Positions 46,851 to 63,950 are shown, numbered from the stretch's first letter. The stretch is DNA of 64,000 nt from the human T2T-CHM13v2.0 reference genome, Homo sapiens (GCF_009914755.1 NC_060936.1), one strand, 5' to 3'. The notes: generated by a model not told the origin, from the letters alone. Numbers and translations: made by a program.

Positions 46851-49800
46851 CCATATGACTCAGCCTGGACTTTGGAGATACTGCTCACATTATCTCGGGG
46901 TATTCCTGTGTTTGTCTCAGAGAAACTCCACGCCCTGCACTGTACCCAATACAAATGTCAGTAATAATGCACCGTATTCAACACATTGCTGTACAAATGG
47001 GCTCTTTGTGCAGTCAGCAGAAGAGATCCACATTCTATATCTTTGCAGGGAGGTCGACTAGAAGGGCGCCTGCTATCAATCACCCCGACTCTGGGATTGC
47101 AAGAGGACATTCAGTCTGGTACTCTCTCTTTACCAATAAGGAAATGGGCTCGGCTCAACAAACCTTGTTAGGCAGAGCAAATGCCAGCAGTGGACTGGGC
47201 ACAGTAAACACCAATGTGATGAAGGCAGAGCAAAGGGGCCAGCCAGCACCAAGGGAAGGGAAGTGGCTTAAAGACAGTGAGCAGTCAGGAGACTCTCTGT
47301 TGATTCATTCATGAGACAGACACTTGCTGGGTGCCTCCTAGTGTCAGGCGCAGCGAGGCGTGCTGGGGAGGCAAAGGGGCATAGCCGCCTCCTGGCGTAG
47401 TGGCCGGGGGAGAGACACAATGACAGCCACTGATAAGTGTCAGGAGAGTACTTGGTGCTAAGCGAGCACTTGGAAGGAGCTGCTAAGGGGGAGATAAGAG
47501 GAAAGGGGGAGGGGAAAAAGTCAATGGAAAGCAGAAAGGCTTGTCAGAAGGTGAATCAGTTAGACAGAGAAGTAAAGATTTGGAGGACTTGGTGCAGGTG
47601 AAGACTGGGACAGCAGATGGGTCACACCCGGAGGGTCCCACTTAACTCATACAGAGGTGTTTGGGGTTCATCCTGTAGGTCCCTTGGCAGCCGCATAGAG
47701 GATTAGGATGATCACATCCTGTTTTAAACAAGTCCTTCTGAGAAAGCAAGATGGAAAATGCATTTCCATGGAGCCAACTGGAGCCTGGAGCCTGCTGCAG
47801 CAATCTATGGCAAGAGCTGGTGAAGGCTGGATGTAGGGTGGTCGTGAGAGGTCTATGAAGGAGGTGGAATGAGAGGACTTGCCACCACCTGGATGTGGGG
47901 GTGAAGGGACGAGTCAAGGAAAACCCCACTTCTGTTTCATTCCTTCTGGTAGCTAAGCTTATTCACAAGATAGGCAAGAGGAATTTTCAGCCTCAGACAT
48001 GATAAACTTAAGGTTCCTATGGGACCTTCAAACACAGACGTCCTGATGAACAGAGAGAGAAAGGGACAGAGGAAACAGCACTGGAGCCCATTGGTGACAG
48101 CGCCTTAGGCAACTCTCTGAGGAGACAAGCATAGACAACCAGACCTAATCAAATCCCAGCTTCTGCCTCTTAGCAGCTATACGACCTGGGGCAAGTAAAT
48201 TAACCTTTTTGGGACTCTGGTCTCACCTAAGGAAATTCCTTTTGGGATTTAATGAAATCAGAAAAGGACATGATGTCATGGCAAACAGAAGAGATTTAAT
48301 ATTTTCCTCTTGCCCTTTTGTGATCATATACTGCTTTGTATTATAATTGAGTACTTAACCTTTGCAGCAGATTATAAGTTTTCTTGCTGTCACTCATCTT
48401 TAAATCCCTTTTGACCATATTTGTAGGCACAGATTCTCAAATATTTGAATTGCCACAAGTCATATGAAAAACTAAGGCCAGACTGTTCTGGGGGACCAGG
48501 GGTTTCCTGCTTTTGACATTAAATAACAAATGCAAAGATCTCAAAATTGCTATGTGGCTTAAGTGGTGTTGATTTAACTCTGTGTTGGGGGTGGGATGGA
48601 GAGAAAAGGGCAGTGGGGTTTGGAAAAGAGGGAGAATTTTGTCAGCCTAATAAAGGCTAGTCAAAGCCTACTCTGTGAAAACTCTACTGTAATATTTAAG
48701 AGGAAGAGTGTCTATCAAAGTTAATATTGCATAGCCTCTATCCTCTGGCTCAGTTCAAGTAAAGGTCTTAAGTCATGTTAAATAATGAATTCCAGCAAAT
48801 GGATCTTGCCTTAAACCAAATGTTAAGTCAATAGTACACTCCGTATATGAGACGTATATACTTTCTTTGCTAGGTCATTTTGCTAATTCTAACTCTTAAA
48901 ATGAATATTTTAAAACTACAATAAGATTTTTAAAACCAGACTGACCAGTAAGGCATACATAATTCAGTTCCACAGAGCTAAGCTTGTTCATTTTTCTTCA
49001 GCGTTTGCCTTTAAATTTGGGATCCAACTTGTCTTTACCTATTTTTACGGCTGCCTTCCTAGTCTGAAAATATCTTGGTCACTAGATATTTTGTTTCATC
49101 TCCAGCTTAGCTCCTAAAATACATTCAGGATCACTTCTTCCTTCCCCCTTCTTCCCTGGTAGCTTCATATATTCCCATCCATTCACCCATAGCCCAGTTC
49201 AGTATACCTACCTCACATTCTGTGTCTCAGTCACAAATATCTTTTTTAAAAACCTGCCCAAGTTTCTAATACAGAATGATGTGGCAACTGCCTCAAAGCT
49301 CACTGTTTGGCTCATTTAATCATTTGGATTAAACGTAGACAATGATCCAATTCAGAGCTAATGGTCTTTAGGACTACTCTTATTCCTGGCTGTCTTCAAC
49401 CTGGGCACATGTGACATGCCTCAAGCATGACCAGTTTGAGAGGACACTTTGGTCCCCAAGGGCCGAGGAAGAACAAGTTCCTCCTCGCTCACATATGTAG
49501 TCTGAACCTCAGGTTCTTGATTCTCTAGGATGTTTCTGAACTCTGGGTGGTTCCCATTAAACACACAATACACATCTCCATCCTTCTTAGCCAACCTCTA
49601 AGATTTTGACACCCCACTGACATATAGAACCAAGATACCTTCCAGTTCTTCTCTGCCTTGAATAGACTTGAACTTCCCAGCTGTGAATAGACTCAACTTT
49701 TTGTCGTGTCTACAAGATGCTCTCCTACCCCACTGCCAATAGGGGGAAAAATGAAAGCAGACAGATGGCCACATTAGATGGAATCTGCCATTGAGGTGGC

Positions 49801-50695
49801 AACTTCCCCATGGCACCCAGCCCGTGGTCTACTTGAGTTATTCCTCAGACACTGACGAGAGGTGCAGAGTCTCAGGGAGAGACTACTGAGACGTAATCCT
49901 TTCCCTTTAAACATGACTTTGACATATGCATTACACACACTTACACACGTCTGACTCCACCATGACTCACACTGGAGGTGGTGTTTAAAATGAACAGCAT
50001 CTCCGTGCTATTATGATGCTTCACTCAAAATTGCTTTACGGCTTCTACTACAGGAGCAGGTCACATCCAGGAAATGGTTTGCCTGATCTAGAGCAGGATT
50101 TTCTCACTATTACCTTATGCCCCAGGGCTGCCTTACTTTCTTCAAAACCCAGATCAGGACCTGCAACCTATGACCCAAAGCACTCTCCTTGTAAATTCAG
50201 GATTCCCTACTAAGCCAGTCCCTAGCTTTTTCTCTCTCTGAACTCTTTAAACACCTTTTACATTCTCCTCTTTCTCATAGCTCATGTCATTCCTCCAGGC
50301 AGAGGCCCCTGAGTTTCCTGTGGTTAGTAGACATGGATAGCTGCCTGCTGCATCAGACTCAGCTGAGCCCAGGAATCCTTCTGAAAATAAAAGATTTATC
50401 CTACAAATTGGTGCAACCTTTGGGAGGACAATGTGTTTGCCTCTATTCTCATTTAAAAGGCACATGCCCTTTGACCTAACAGTTTTGCTTTTGGAAATTT
50501 ATCTAAATATGGTTATAGAGAAAAATGTACACAAGTTTTCAATACAGTATTACAAAGCAAAAGAAACATGAAAAAACATCATCCTGGGAGGAACTTAAAT
50601 CGCATATCAATAGGCGACTGGTTAAATAAATAATAGATATGTATATTTTGTGTCAAGACTATTTCTGTAAAGACACATAAGAAACATAACATTGC

Positions 50696-50990
<295 letters not shown>

Positions 50991-51075
50991 ACATAACATT
51001 ATTATCATTGCTATCTCTGGGGAAAAGGACAAGAAGCTGGAAAAAGACACTTTAATTTTGCTTTAAGCCCTTTAG

Positions 51076-51510
<435 letters not shown>

Positions 51511-54500
51511 TAATCTTTGCTAAACACGAACTAGAAAAACTAGGCACAAATAGAAACTGTATAGACCAGATATACATTAGAATGGGTCTGCTTTAGCAGT
51601 TAATGGTTTAATCATTAACCAGGTCAGGGTATTTTTCTCTAAGGCACTTTATGTGTTGCTGACTCTTCTACAATCTAAGTGGCTCAATGTAAACCATTCC
51701 CCTTGTGCTAAACATGCGTGTTTATACTTAAAGTCGATTTCACTGAGGAAATTAGGGTAGGGTCAGTTTGTAAGGTTTTGCCCTAAACCTTAAAAAGAAC
51801 ACAAAATCCTTCAGGTCTTAAGCAAGATTGATGCCCAGGCCCTATGAAGGACACATTGAATCTTCTGTATATTTTTTAACAAGCTCCACAGGTAATTTGG
51901 ATGTGGCTGGCATTGCCTCGTGCACACCTAAAGTAACCATGCTTAGAAAACGCTGTGTTATCCAAAAGAAACACAGCACAGAGAATTCTATGAACAAACT
52001 ATTGCAGTACTCTAAGATTTTAAAATAAGTAACTTTCTCAAACACTGATATGGGGTTTAGAGTTAACACTGCGGGTAAGCAAACCCACCAGGCTCTCTCA
52101 GTTGACACAGCTCTTCTGGCTCCTTCGAGGAAGTGAGGACCAGTATGTGGAAGAGCCTTTGGGGCTGGTGTTTCTCAAGCTACAGCTTCAGGCAATCTCA
52201 GGGACAGAACCTGGACTGTGCATCTGACAGCCGCCTTTCTACCTCCCACCTCCACCCCATTCTTATGTCCAAGTAGTTTGAAACTATTGAGCTAGATCAG
52301 TATATCCCGAACACCAAATTGTTAAGAGTGGATGGAGCCCCAGTGATCTTTCCCACTCCCCAGACCAGTGAATCAGGAAATCTCTACTGGAGGTTCTGCA
52401 GTACCCCAGGTTCTTTATCTAAACAGGAAAGTTAGGAAACACCAATTTAGGTCAAACTCATTTTAAGATAAGGAAATCAAGGCCCAAGAAGTTTAAGTGA
52501 TTTCACCAAGGACTTATAGCTGATTAATGATAGCTGGGAGCTGTGAAACCTGGTGAGCTAATTCTTCCCTCTTAGACCAATACTGCTTGTTATATTATGT
52601 GTAATCATGAGAGCCCCAGTATCTGTGCAGTTTCTGATTCACCAGGAAGAGGCCCCAAGTGATTAATAAAGCCTGAACCCAGGGGCATGTCAGAACGCAC
52701 CACTGGTTTAAAGGATGACTGACATGGTAAAGTGTCCAACGTCAACCTGCCCTCGGAATTCTTTCACTTTCAGTATCAGTAGGAGAAATATACAATTGTA
52801 CATTTCATAGAAAAGTAAACCCAGCCCCACACAGTTAACAACCAGGTGAAGCGGGAACACAGGACAATTCAAAGTTTTCGGATCACACCATTTCTTGGTC
52901 AAATATTAGTACCTTCAGCAAAAGACCTCTAATTACCACACACTTTTGGTTATGGCAACAGCCTGCTCCTTACTTTTGGGAGAGAGGAGTACTCCACACC
53001 CATGGCCTGAAACCAGGATCTCCAAACCCATCAAAGAGAAACATGGATGGGAAACCAAACCCCCCAAGCTTGGAAAGCATCCAGCAAGCTTTAATTCAGG
53101 GAGAGTTCAATCGAGATATAATTGCCTCTAATTGGCCCTCCCACACGATCTCACAACATACAGCTATAATCAGTTCCACAAAGAATATGTTATATTTCTT
53201 TTCTCCCTTGAAAAGCCAGAATCCTCTCTTGTTAGGTACTTACCATCACTGTTTTGATTTTTGTAAATATACCGAGACATTAAAAAAGGAAGAATGAATG
53301 GGTAAAAGCAAAGAAGTAGATGGATTTCTTTTTTAAAATAAGCACTGATCCCTATGACCTTAATGATAACCCAGTGCGATTCAAATCTGTAATGGAGACT
53401 GATGTCGACTCAGGAAACCTTTCTAGTCCAGGGCACATGTGATCCAAAAAACACATTCATCTGGTCGGACATTTTCCATACTCTGATTTTTATCTTTCTT
53501 GGCATGCTCAACTCTCCTTTAATAAAGTCACAACCCTTTGTTGCCATGGAACCCAATCAGACACGGAGCCTGTTACTATGACTTCCCTGCAGATATAAAA
53601 AAAGACCCAGTGACCAAAAGACCAGCTCTTTCTTAAAAAAAAAAAAAAATTACAAGGCAAAGAGGCTCCAAAAAAACCTCAACACTTCTGTATTTACTGA
53701 AGTTTAATCTTTTATGTAGGCTCACCTGAACTCTTCAGCCAAAGCTAGCTCATGTTTCAGCTGGAACTTTCCAAAGAAAATGATTTTACAAATAAATACC
53801 TAGGCAAAGAAGGTAAAAAATATTCTTGGGATATCTTACTTTTCTTCTTCTTCTAGGCAAGCTTTCTGAAATTTGAGTAGCTGTTTAGCAAACATGTGTC
53901 AATCAGCAGCTGCCAAATTGCAATATTCATTTCCATCAATACTTAATGTTGCCAAGAGCTCATTATTTCTCTGAAAAGAAAAGATATTCTAAACAATACA
54001 ATCAATCCTGTGTTCTGGACCTGGACTAAATCTGCAGGAAAAAAAAAAAAAATCTGAGACTAAGCAGAGTGGACTGAGCAGAGCTACTTAAGGAAAGAGA
54101 ATTAACATTTGTTGAGTGCCTACCATGAGCTGGGCACTTTTACGTCATCACGTCAGGACCCTGTAACTGAGGCAATGCCACCTCTGTTTGGCAGATGAGG
54201 GACCAAGGCTCAGAAAGCTTAAGTACTTAAGCAGCTTGTTCAAGCTACCAGGCTAGAATGCTGCCTGGCTCCCAAAGCCAGAGCTATTCCTTCATTCAAC
54301 CAGCACTTATTTCTGCTCTCACAGGTGTTGTACATTTTGTTATGCTTCTTATTCTTCAGGAGCGAATTCACAGCCTGTAAAGCTTGGCTGTAAAGAGAGC
54401 ACGGTGTCCATCTTTACCGGCACAGGGGCCAGTCTGGCTACACCCACGTACAACTACCACCACGTCTATACAACACCAGCTACCCCTTGGGGGAATCCCG

Positions 54501-54859
54501 AATAAATGCCCTGGCTACTTGCCTAAGGAAACACGTGTGGGCTAGGCACCCATTACACCCTTCCAGAGGTTGGGCCACGGCCCAGAGCCTTCCAACCCTG
54601 GACCTCATGGTGGGGAGGACCAGGAAGCTCTGGGTGGCCTTTTCATGTGCAGTACCATCGGCAAAGTAAAAGTCAAGCCATGCAAACCACAACAGTTTCT
54701 CCAACCTGGTTTTGGACAACCAGCTTCAAGAAATGACTAGTAAGAAGGAATGTGGCAAGCCACAAAAGTTATAATTTATATTATTAATTATACCAGCCTC
54801 TCAGCTAAAGAAAATTTACCTATTTCATGTACAAAGATTATAACAACTGCTTTCATTAA

Positions 54860-56424
<1,565 letters not shown>

Positions 56425-56747
56425 GTAAATGATATGGCAGTTCCAGAAGGGCAAATAGTCTCACCGTGAACGAAGGTGTCACCACACACAATTTTTCTAA
56501 CAGAAAAGTTACGCAAGGGTTGAGGCTTTCCATCATCCAGGAGGCAACAGAAGCATTCCAAATTCCACAGAAAACCTGCCCTGCAGCAGTCACTACTGTA
56601 CTGACACATGGGGAGCGATCTAGAGCACCAGTAACTTCAGTTAACATTCATTTAAATTATTACCTTTGTATTTTGTACGCATTTGTTTGAGATTTTCATA
56701 ATAAAATGTTGAGGTAAAAATTTCCTCAGAATGTTGATAAAATCTGC

Positions 56748-57104
56748 TGTATTAGTCTGTTCTCACACTGCTATAAAGATACTACCCGAGATTGGGTAAT
56801 TTATAAAGGAAAGAGGTTTAATTGACTCACAGTTCCGCATGGCTGGGGAGGCCTCAGGAAACTTACAAACATGGCGGAAGGGGAAGCAGGCACGTCTTAC
56901 ATGGAGGCAGGCAAGAGAGAACGCATGTGTGAACGCAGAAAAAACTACCATTTATAAAACCATCAGATCTTGTGAGAATTCATTCACTATCACGAGAACA
57001 GCATGGGGGAAATCGCCCCCATAATCCAATCACTTCCCTCCCTCGACATGTGGGGATTACAATTTGAGATGAGATTTGGTTGGGGACACAGACAAACCGT
57101 ATCA
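56748..57104 (-). mobile_element. MaLR solo LTR (MSTA/THE1-like)
   Basis: tgtattagtctgttctcacactgctataaag...gacaaaccgtatca with 5-bp TSD tctgc on both sides. Confidence 0.9.
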
Positions 57105-57647
57105 TCTGCTAACAAAATCTTTATTCTTAAAGAACACCTAAGTAAAAACACCAATTAGCATCTTCAAACAAACATTTTTCACAAGCCAAAAGTAGAGAGA
57201 AGATAAATTTTGAAACACAGAAACAAGAGTACATGTCTTCCCTGATTAGACTTATTTAAATTAATGTAGCCAAGGCCTTACAAATCCTTTGATGTATTAA
57301 ACACTGAACCCTGGGGAAAAAAAGTCCTGCTTTCTGTTGAAATAGTGAACTCAAATATTATACCAATATCAATGCATGAAATTCTTAATGCATTATTTCT
57401 TTCCTTTCATGCTTCCTTCCATTTCTCTACCCATTTATTCTGCAATCTCTGCCCACCTCTGGGTAGAGAGGGACAAGTGAGTCACAAGTTACAAGGATGC
57501 CACGGCTCATGCAGACTTGGGCACAGGTTGGGTAGAAGAGCACCCAAGCCAGGTATGAACTGAGAAAGGGACTCAGGGACGACCTTGTATTTACGTTATC
57601 TTACATAAGCCTTCCACATCCTTATAGGGAAACAATTACACTTAATT

Positions 57648-57968
57648 TGTTTTTGTTGTTGTTGTTATTGTTTGTTTGTTTGTTTGTTTTGACAGGGTCT
57701 TCTTGTTCTGTCGCCTAAGCTGGAGTGCAGTGGTGTGATCTTGGCTGACTGCAACCTCCACCTCCTGGATTCAAACAATTCTCCTGGCTCAGCCTCCTGA
57801 GTAGCTGGGACTAAAGGTGTGCACTACCACACCAGGCTAATTTTTGTATTTTTAGTAGAGATGGGGGTTTCACCATGTTGGCCAGGCTGGTCTCGAACTC
57901 CTGACCTCAAGTGATCTGCCCACCTCCCAAGATGCTGGGATTACAGGTGTGAGCCACCACACCCAGCC
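57648..57968 (-). mobile_element. AluS inside a MIR
   Basis: (TTG/TTTG)n tail. MIR core 'gaaactgaagctc...gttaag' follows. Confidence 0.9.
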
Positions 57969-58149
57969 ACACTTATGGAAACTGAAGCTCAAATGGGTTA
58001 AGCAAACTGGCTAAGATGATTTCATACAGCTTGTAAGAGCCAGGATTTTAAAACCAGGCCTGTTGCCCCCAAAGCCCTGGCACCATGCTGCTTCCTCACT
58101 TCACCATGCACAGCTGTCAGCACACTAGGGGAGGGCTTTACCACAGCCT

Positions 58150-58790
58150 GCATTTAGAAGACCTGACCGCTTCTCATCACCTCCACTATCAACATTCTAG
58201 TCCAAGCCACTCTCATCACTCCTACAGGTCTACCTGGGCCAGCCCATGCCCACCTACAATTTCTTTTCAATCCAACAGCCCGGGAGATCCTTGCAAGGCC
58301 TCTACTGGCTCAGGAACTGGCCTCCCCACCACCTCTCAGACCCCATGTCCCAGGACTCAACTCCCTGCTCACACTGCCCCAGCCACACAGCCTCCTTGCT
58401 GTGCCTCAAACACAACAGGCACACTGCTTTATCAAGGAGTCCATGCATGCTGTTTTCCTGCCCTGGAATGTTCCTCCCTTAGATGGCTGCACAGCTTACT
58501 TCCCAGGTCTTTTCTCAATGTTTCCCCTGACAAGAGCTTTCTTTGAGTGTCCTGTTTAAAACTTCTTCCCTCTACCTCCACCTTGGGCCTCCCCAGCCCT
58601 CTTGTCTATTTCTCAGCATTGCACTTATCCACATTTAACATACTATATATTTTATGTATAGGTCTGGCTTGTCTGCCTTGCCCTACCAGAATACATATTC
58701 CACAAGGGTAGGGATTTTTGTTTTGTTCCCTGAGATGCCTAGCACATAGTAGGTGCTCAATACACATTTACTGAATGAATGTACTGAATT
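58150..58790 (+). mobile_element. L2 3' end
   Basis: 'gcctagcacatagtaggtgctcaata...tttactgaatgaat' is the L2 terminus. Confidence 0.8.
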
Positions 58791-60796
58791 GGGCTGAAAG
58801 CCCAATCATTTTAAGTACAATCCACATCTGTATTGCTCATGAATGGACTCTGGCCTGACGTACCACATAGCCCGCTCCTGACTTGGTGGAAGGTTGGGCA
58901 ATGAAGAGACAATTATCCAACCCAAAGAGCTAAAAGGAGCCCGTTCTTAAATTCAGTGCCATGAAAGGTGCCCGAGTGACTCCTTTTCCATACCACATGT
59001 TGTGGAGACATAGGTACCACTAACCTCAATGCTACTCAACCTCAAGGTGTGGTCCTGGGTGAAGGGGACTCCTTGGGCCAGGACATTAGGGGAGGCAAAG
59101 AGCAGCCTACCTTTTTGTCTTCTCTGCCCAAAGTGCTCATCAATAAAAAACCCGCCTGGAGGCTTGGGGGCATCTCTGTTTTCCCTGGTGAAGCTCCACC
59201 TATCCACAAAAGGGCTCTTTTCTTACACTGACCTTCTCATACTCCCCATCTATGAAACCTCACCAGAGCTACCAATGACAGGCACACGGGTTCAATTCTC
59301 CAAGAGGTCTCAGGCAGCAAAGGGTGAACTCTGAACCTGCCTACAGAATGACTGGCAGGAGTGAGCTATTCTAAGCATCGCAGTGTCTGCTGGATGGTGA
59401 GGAAACAAGCGCAACAAGGCTGCACAAGGTCAAACAGCAAAAACAGTGCAACAGCGAGATGGACCCTTTCCAAAGGGGAGCCTGTGCTGCAGAAGGTACA
59501 ATGTCTGCCAGCTCTAAACTCATCCTCATGCTAAGTCCCTTGTGGGTTAGACTGGTGGTGGAGAAATGGGGATGACAAATAATGGGAAAGCCATAAGCGC
59601 GTGACTTTTGTAAAATTCTAGGGCACTTAAAGGGTGCCGTTCTGCTCTGAAATTCTACGAAGGGACTAAAATCACTGCAAGATTGCTTCCAAACAGCAAA
59701 TAAAACCTCACTGAGAGATGGCACTATAATTTCTTGAGTTTGCGTCATTCTGTTTTCTGTAGTTAGAAAAAAGGTGATGGATTTGGGTTACAAAGGCAGT
59801 GTTCCACTATAAAAACCTGCTGGTTGCCATGACAATTAACATTCCTGTTCCTCCCTCTTCTGCAGCATCCTTCTTCCATCTGAGTCAAATCAAAGAACCT
59901 AGCTATGACGCTCATGATTTAGTATTTCCTCGGCACAAGGATATAAATATATACACACATATACAAAATACTTATCAAAGGCTAATCACAGGTGAACCGA
60001 AGCCTTGAAAATTGATACCATCTGTCCTCTACCAACAATGTCCTACAAACAACAAGAGACATCCCTGCAGGAGGGTCCAAGCAGGAAGGGAGGGTGGGCC
60101 AGGAAGGCTTAACAGCCAACACCCAGTCCTCCAGTCTAGAGTCTCTCAGGGTGGACTCTGGGGGAGTTCTTCCTTGGGAGGATCCATGAGAAGCCAGGAC
60201 CCCATGGAGAACTGTCCCTGCCACTCTGCATCATTATTATCTGTCTGTGGGTCTGTCCTCCCCAGCCTGAGCTCCTTGAGGGCAGTGCCCACATCTGACT
60301 GATCTCAGGGCCTCGCACAGTGCTGGGCACACCGTGAAGCACCAAGGGTGATGGAGGGCACTCTGGGGTAAAGCAGCCTCCCCTTACATTTTCTACTGAG
60401 ACCTCACGATCGGGCCTACCCTGCTTCTAATTGGCCCTGTCGGAGAAGAAAGCCAGGGGAGAATTCTAGATCAAAGCTCTGAGGTATGAGCTCGGGACAC
60501 CTACAGCACAGTGTTGCCATGAGCTCCCATCCCTGGGTCAAAAGTCTTGACCACCAACCCTTCCCCAGACCTGGAGCAAAATTAAGAATAACTTAGAAAA
60601 TAATAGCATAAATGTGATTTATCTTCTTTTCAGGACAAAGGCTGATCATTCAAATTTCGAATAAGGTTCAAATGGAGACCCTGCTATTTGACTATCATTA
60701 TCACTCTGTTTAAATTTATTTTAAATAGAAGTTATATATGCCCATTTAACATTTAATTGCAAAATATGCTTGTTTTACAAAAGATATGAAGATACA

Positions 60797-61085
60797 GGCC
60801 AGGCGTGGTGGCTCATGCCTGTAATCCCAACACTTTGGGAGGCTATGGCAGGCAAATCACTTGAGGTCAGGAGTCCGAGACCAGCCTGGCCAACATGGCA
60901 AAACCCCGTCTGTACAAAAAATACAAAAATTAGCCAGGCATGGTGGCAGGCTCCTGTAGTCCCAGCTACTTGGGAGGCTGAGACATGAACCCAGGAGGTG
61001 GAGGTTGCAGTGAGCCAAGAACGTGTCGCTGCACTCCAGCCTGGGTGATAGAGAGCAAGACTCTGTCCCAAAAAAAAAAAAAGAA
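60797..61085 (+). mobile_element. AluS
   Basis: Dimeric Alu with TSD gaagataca. Confidence 0.92.
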
Positions 61086-61417
61086 GATACAAAGATACAG
61101 AAAAGGCAGAGGAGGAAAATAAAACCCCCATCATCCCATGACCTGACCTGGAGGTAGCTCGGGCCTACATTTAGGTTTTTATGAGGCCATCCTTGCAGAT
61201 GTCTGGGTGGTTCTGTCTACTGGTTTAGGGGCACAGGCTCTGGAACGCAGAGCTACCTGGGTTCAGGTTCTAGCCTTTTCACTTAGTGGGATGATCCTGG
61301 ACAAGTCGCTTAACCCCTGTTTGAGCCTCAGTTCTTCTTTCCTAACAGGAGGATAGTTGTGTCTCTTTCTTGGCACTGCATGAGAGCTGTTTTAACCCAC
61401 GTGGAGCCTTGTCATAG

Positions 61418-61852
<435 letters not shown>

Positions 61853-62085
61853 ATAAATGTTTTCAATCAACATAAAAGCATAACCACTTGACAAGTCAAA
61901 AAATATATTTTTATAACATTGATGGTTTTACTTCTGAAACAAGAGCTCACTTTAGACCAGTTCTTCCTCATCTTTTTAAACGGTTTTCTGCCACAACTGA
62001 GAATCATTCCAAAGAAAGCTATGGAACCTCTCCCTAGAAATATGCACGTATGCACACACACACATCAAATCCACAAAGCCTAGGG

Positions 62086-62493
62086 GATATGGGCTGATTT
62101 GTGTACTCTTAAAAATTCATACTGAAATCCTAACCCCCACTACCTCACAATGTAACCGTATTTCAAGATAGGGACTTTAAAGAGGTAATTAGGCTCAAAT
62201 GAGATCATTAGGGTGGGCCCTAATGCCATTTGACTGATGACCTTATAAGAAGAGAAAATCTGGACACAGACACGTAGAGGGAAAATGATGTGAAGACAGG
62301 AGAAAGACGGCCACCTACAAGCCCAGGAGGGAGGCCTGGAACAGCTCTTTCCCTCCTGGTTCTCAGAAGAAACTAGCTCTGCCAACACCTTGATCTCAGA
62401 CTTCCAGCCTCCAGAACTGCATGAAAATAAATGTATTGTTTAAGCTACCCAGTCTGGGATACTTTGTCAAAGCAGCCCTAGCAAATTATCACA
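62086..62493 (+). mobile_element. MLT1 (MaLR) solo LTR
   Basis: 'tatgggctg...gaaatcctaacccc...gggtgggccctaat...cttccagcctccagaact...gcagccctagcaaa'. Confidence 0.88.
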
Positions 62494-62769
62494 TTAGGTT
62501 AAGACAACACTGGCCCTAATCTCATGTAATATATATAGCAGTGTTTAATGTATAACCTTTTCTATTCTGAAGTAACAAAACAACATTTAAAAAGTAACAG
62601 GATTACAAACTAACCTACTTTCTAACTGTGGAAACTGACGCTCCAAACTTTTCATAATGCTGCAGTAGTAACATGAAAAAACAGGTAAGTTCAGAAAAAC
62701 AGATGAGGTGTGGGATTTCAGCCTTCTTCATCTCTGTTCATAGATGCATTACTCTTAAAAGTATATTGA

Positions 62770-63125
62770 CACTACTCACGAATAAAAAGGAATGAACTCC
62801 TGTTACATGCAACAACATGCAATTGCAAAAGCATTATGCTAAATGAAAGAAGCCACACTCAAAAAGGCTGCGTATCACATGATTCCATTTATACTGCATT
62901 ATGAAAAAGCAAAACTGTAAGGACAGAAATGAGATCAGTAACTGTCAGGTGCTAAGCAGAGAGAAGGCTGACTATAAAGAGGCGAAAGAGAACTTTCCGG
63001 GGTGATAGAAATATTCTACATCTTAATTGAATGTGGGTTATAAGACTGTATGTGTTCTTCAGAATTCATAGGACTGTGCACTTAAAGCAGGAAATTTTAC
63101 TGTATGTAAATTTATCTCAATAAAT
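62770..63125 (+). mobile_element. L1M 3' fragment
   Basis: 'catgcaacaacatg...tgattccatttata...ggtgatagaaatattcta...tctcaataaa'. Confidence 0.8.
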
Positions 63126-63648
63126 ATTGACACATTTGCTTTATTAGGCATTAACAAGAATAGAGATGTAAAATTATTGACTAGGTACAAAAACTGCCTA
63201 ATAGCAAATTCAGAATAACTTTATATTTGCTTTCAGGTAAAATTAAAGTACACAAACTACATACAAATACCATTCAACACCTACATAGACAATCTATCAG
63301 CATCATAAAAATTTTCTCTTACAGATATTAAAATGTGGCCTTAAAAAATCACTACTGTAAGTACAGCAGTGATTACAGTACTTGAGAAAGCTCTTTAAGA
63401 ATGGATGTCAAAGTTGAAGAAGTTCTTTTTTCTTTGCCCTAGCAATGTCACTTCCTGGTATCTCCCCTTAAGAAACTCTCCCACGAGTACAGAGACTGTC
63501 CCAGAATCAACCTACCTGTTTGCCATTAGAAGAATGGCTGTAAATACACTCTGGTTTTATTCATGTAGCAAAATAACATACAGCAGTAAAATATGAAAAT
63601 GAAGTAGGATAAATTATAAAAATACCACATTAGAAAACTGTAATTACA

Positions 63649-63950
<302 letters not shown>

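Noticed and set aside
58085-58546. 153-aa ORF (also the 166-aa ORF at 3530-4030)
   Set aside because: Both overlie L2 remnants and lack splice or family support.
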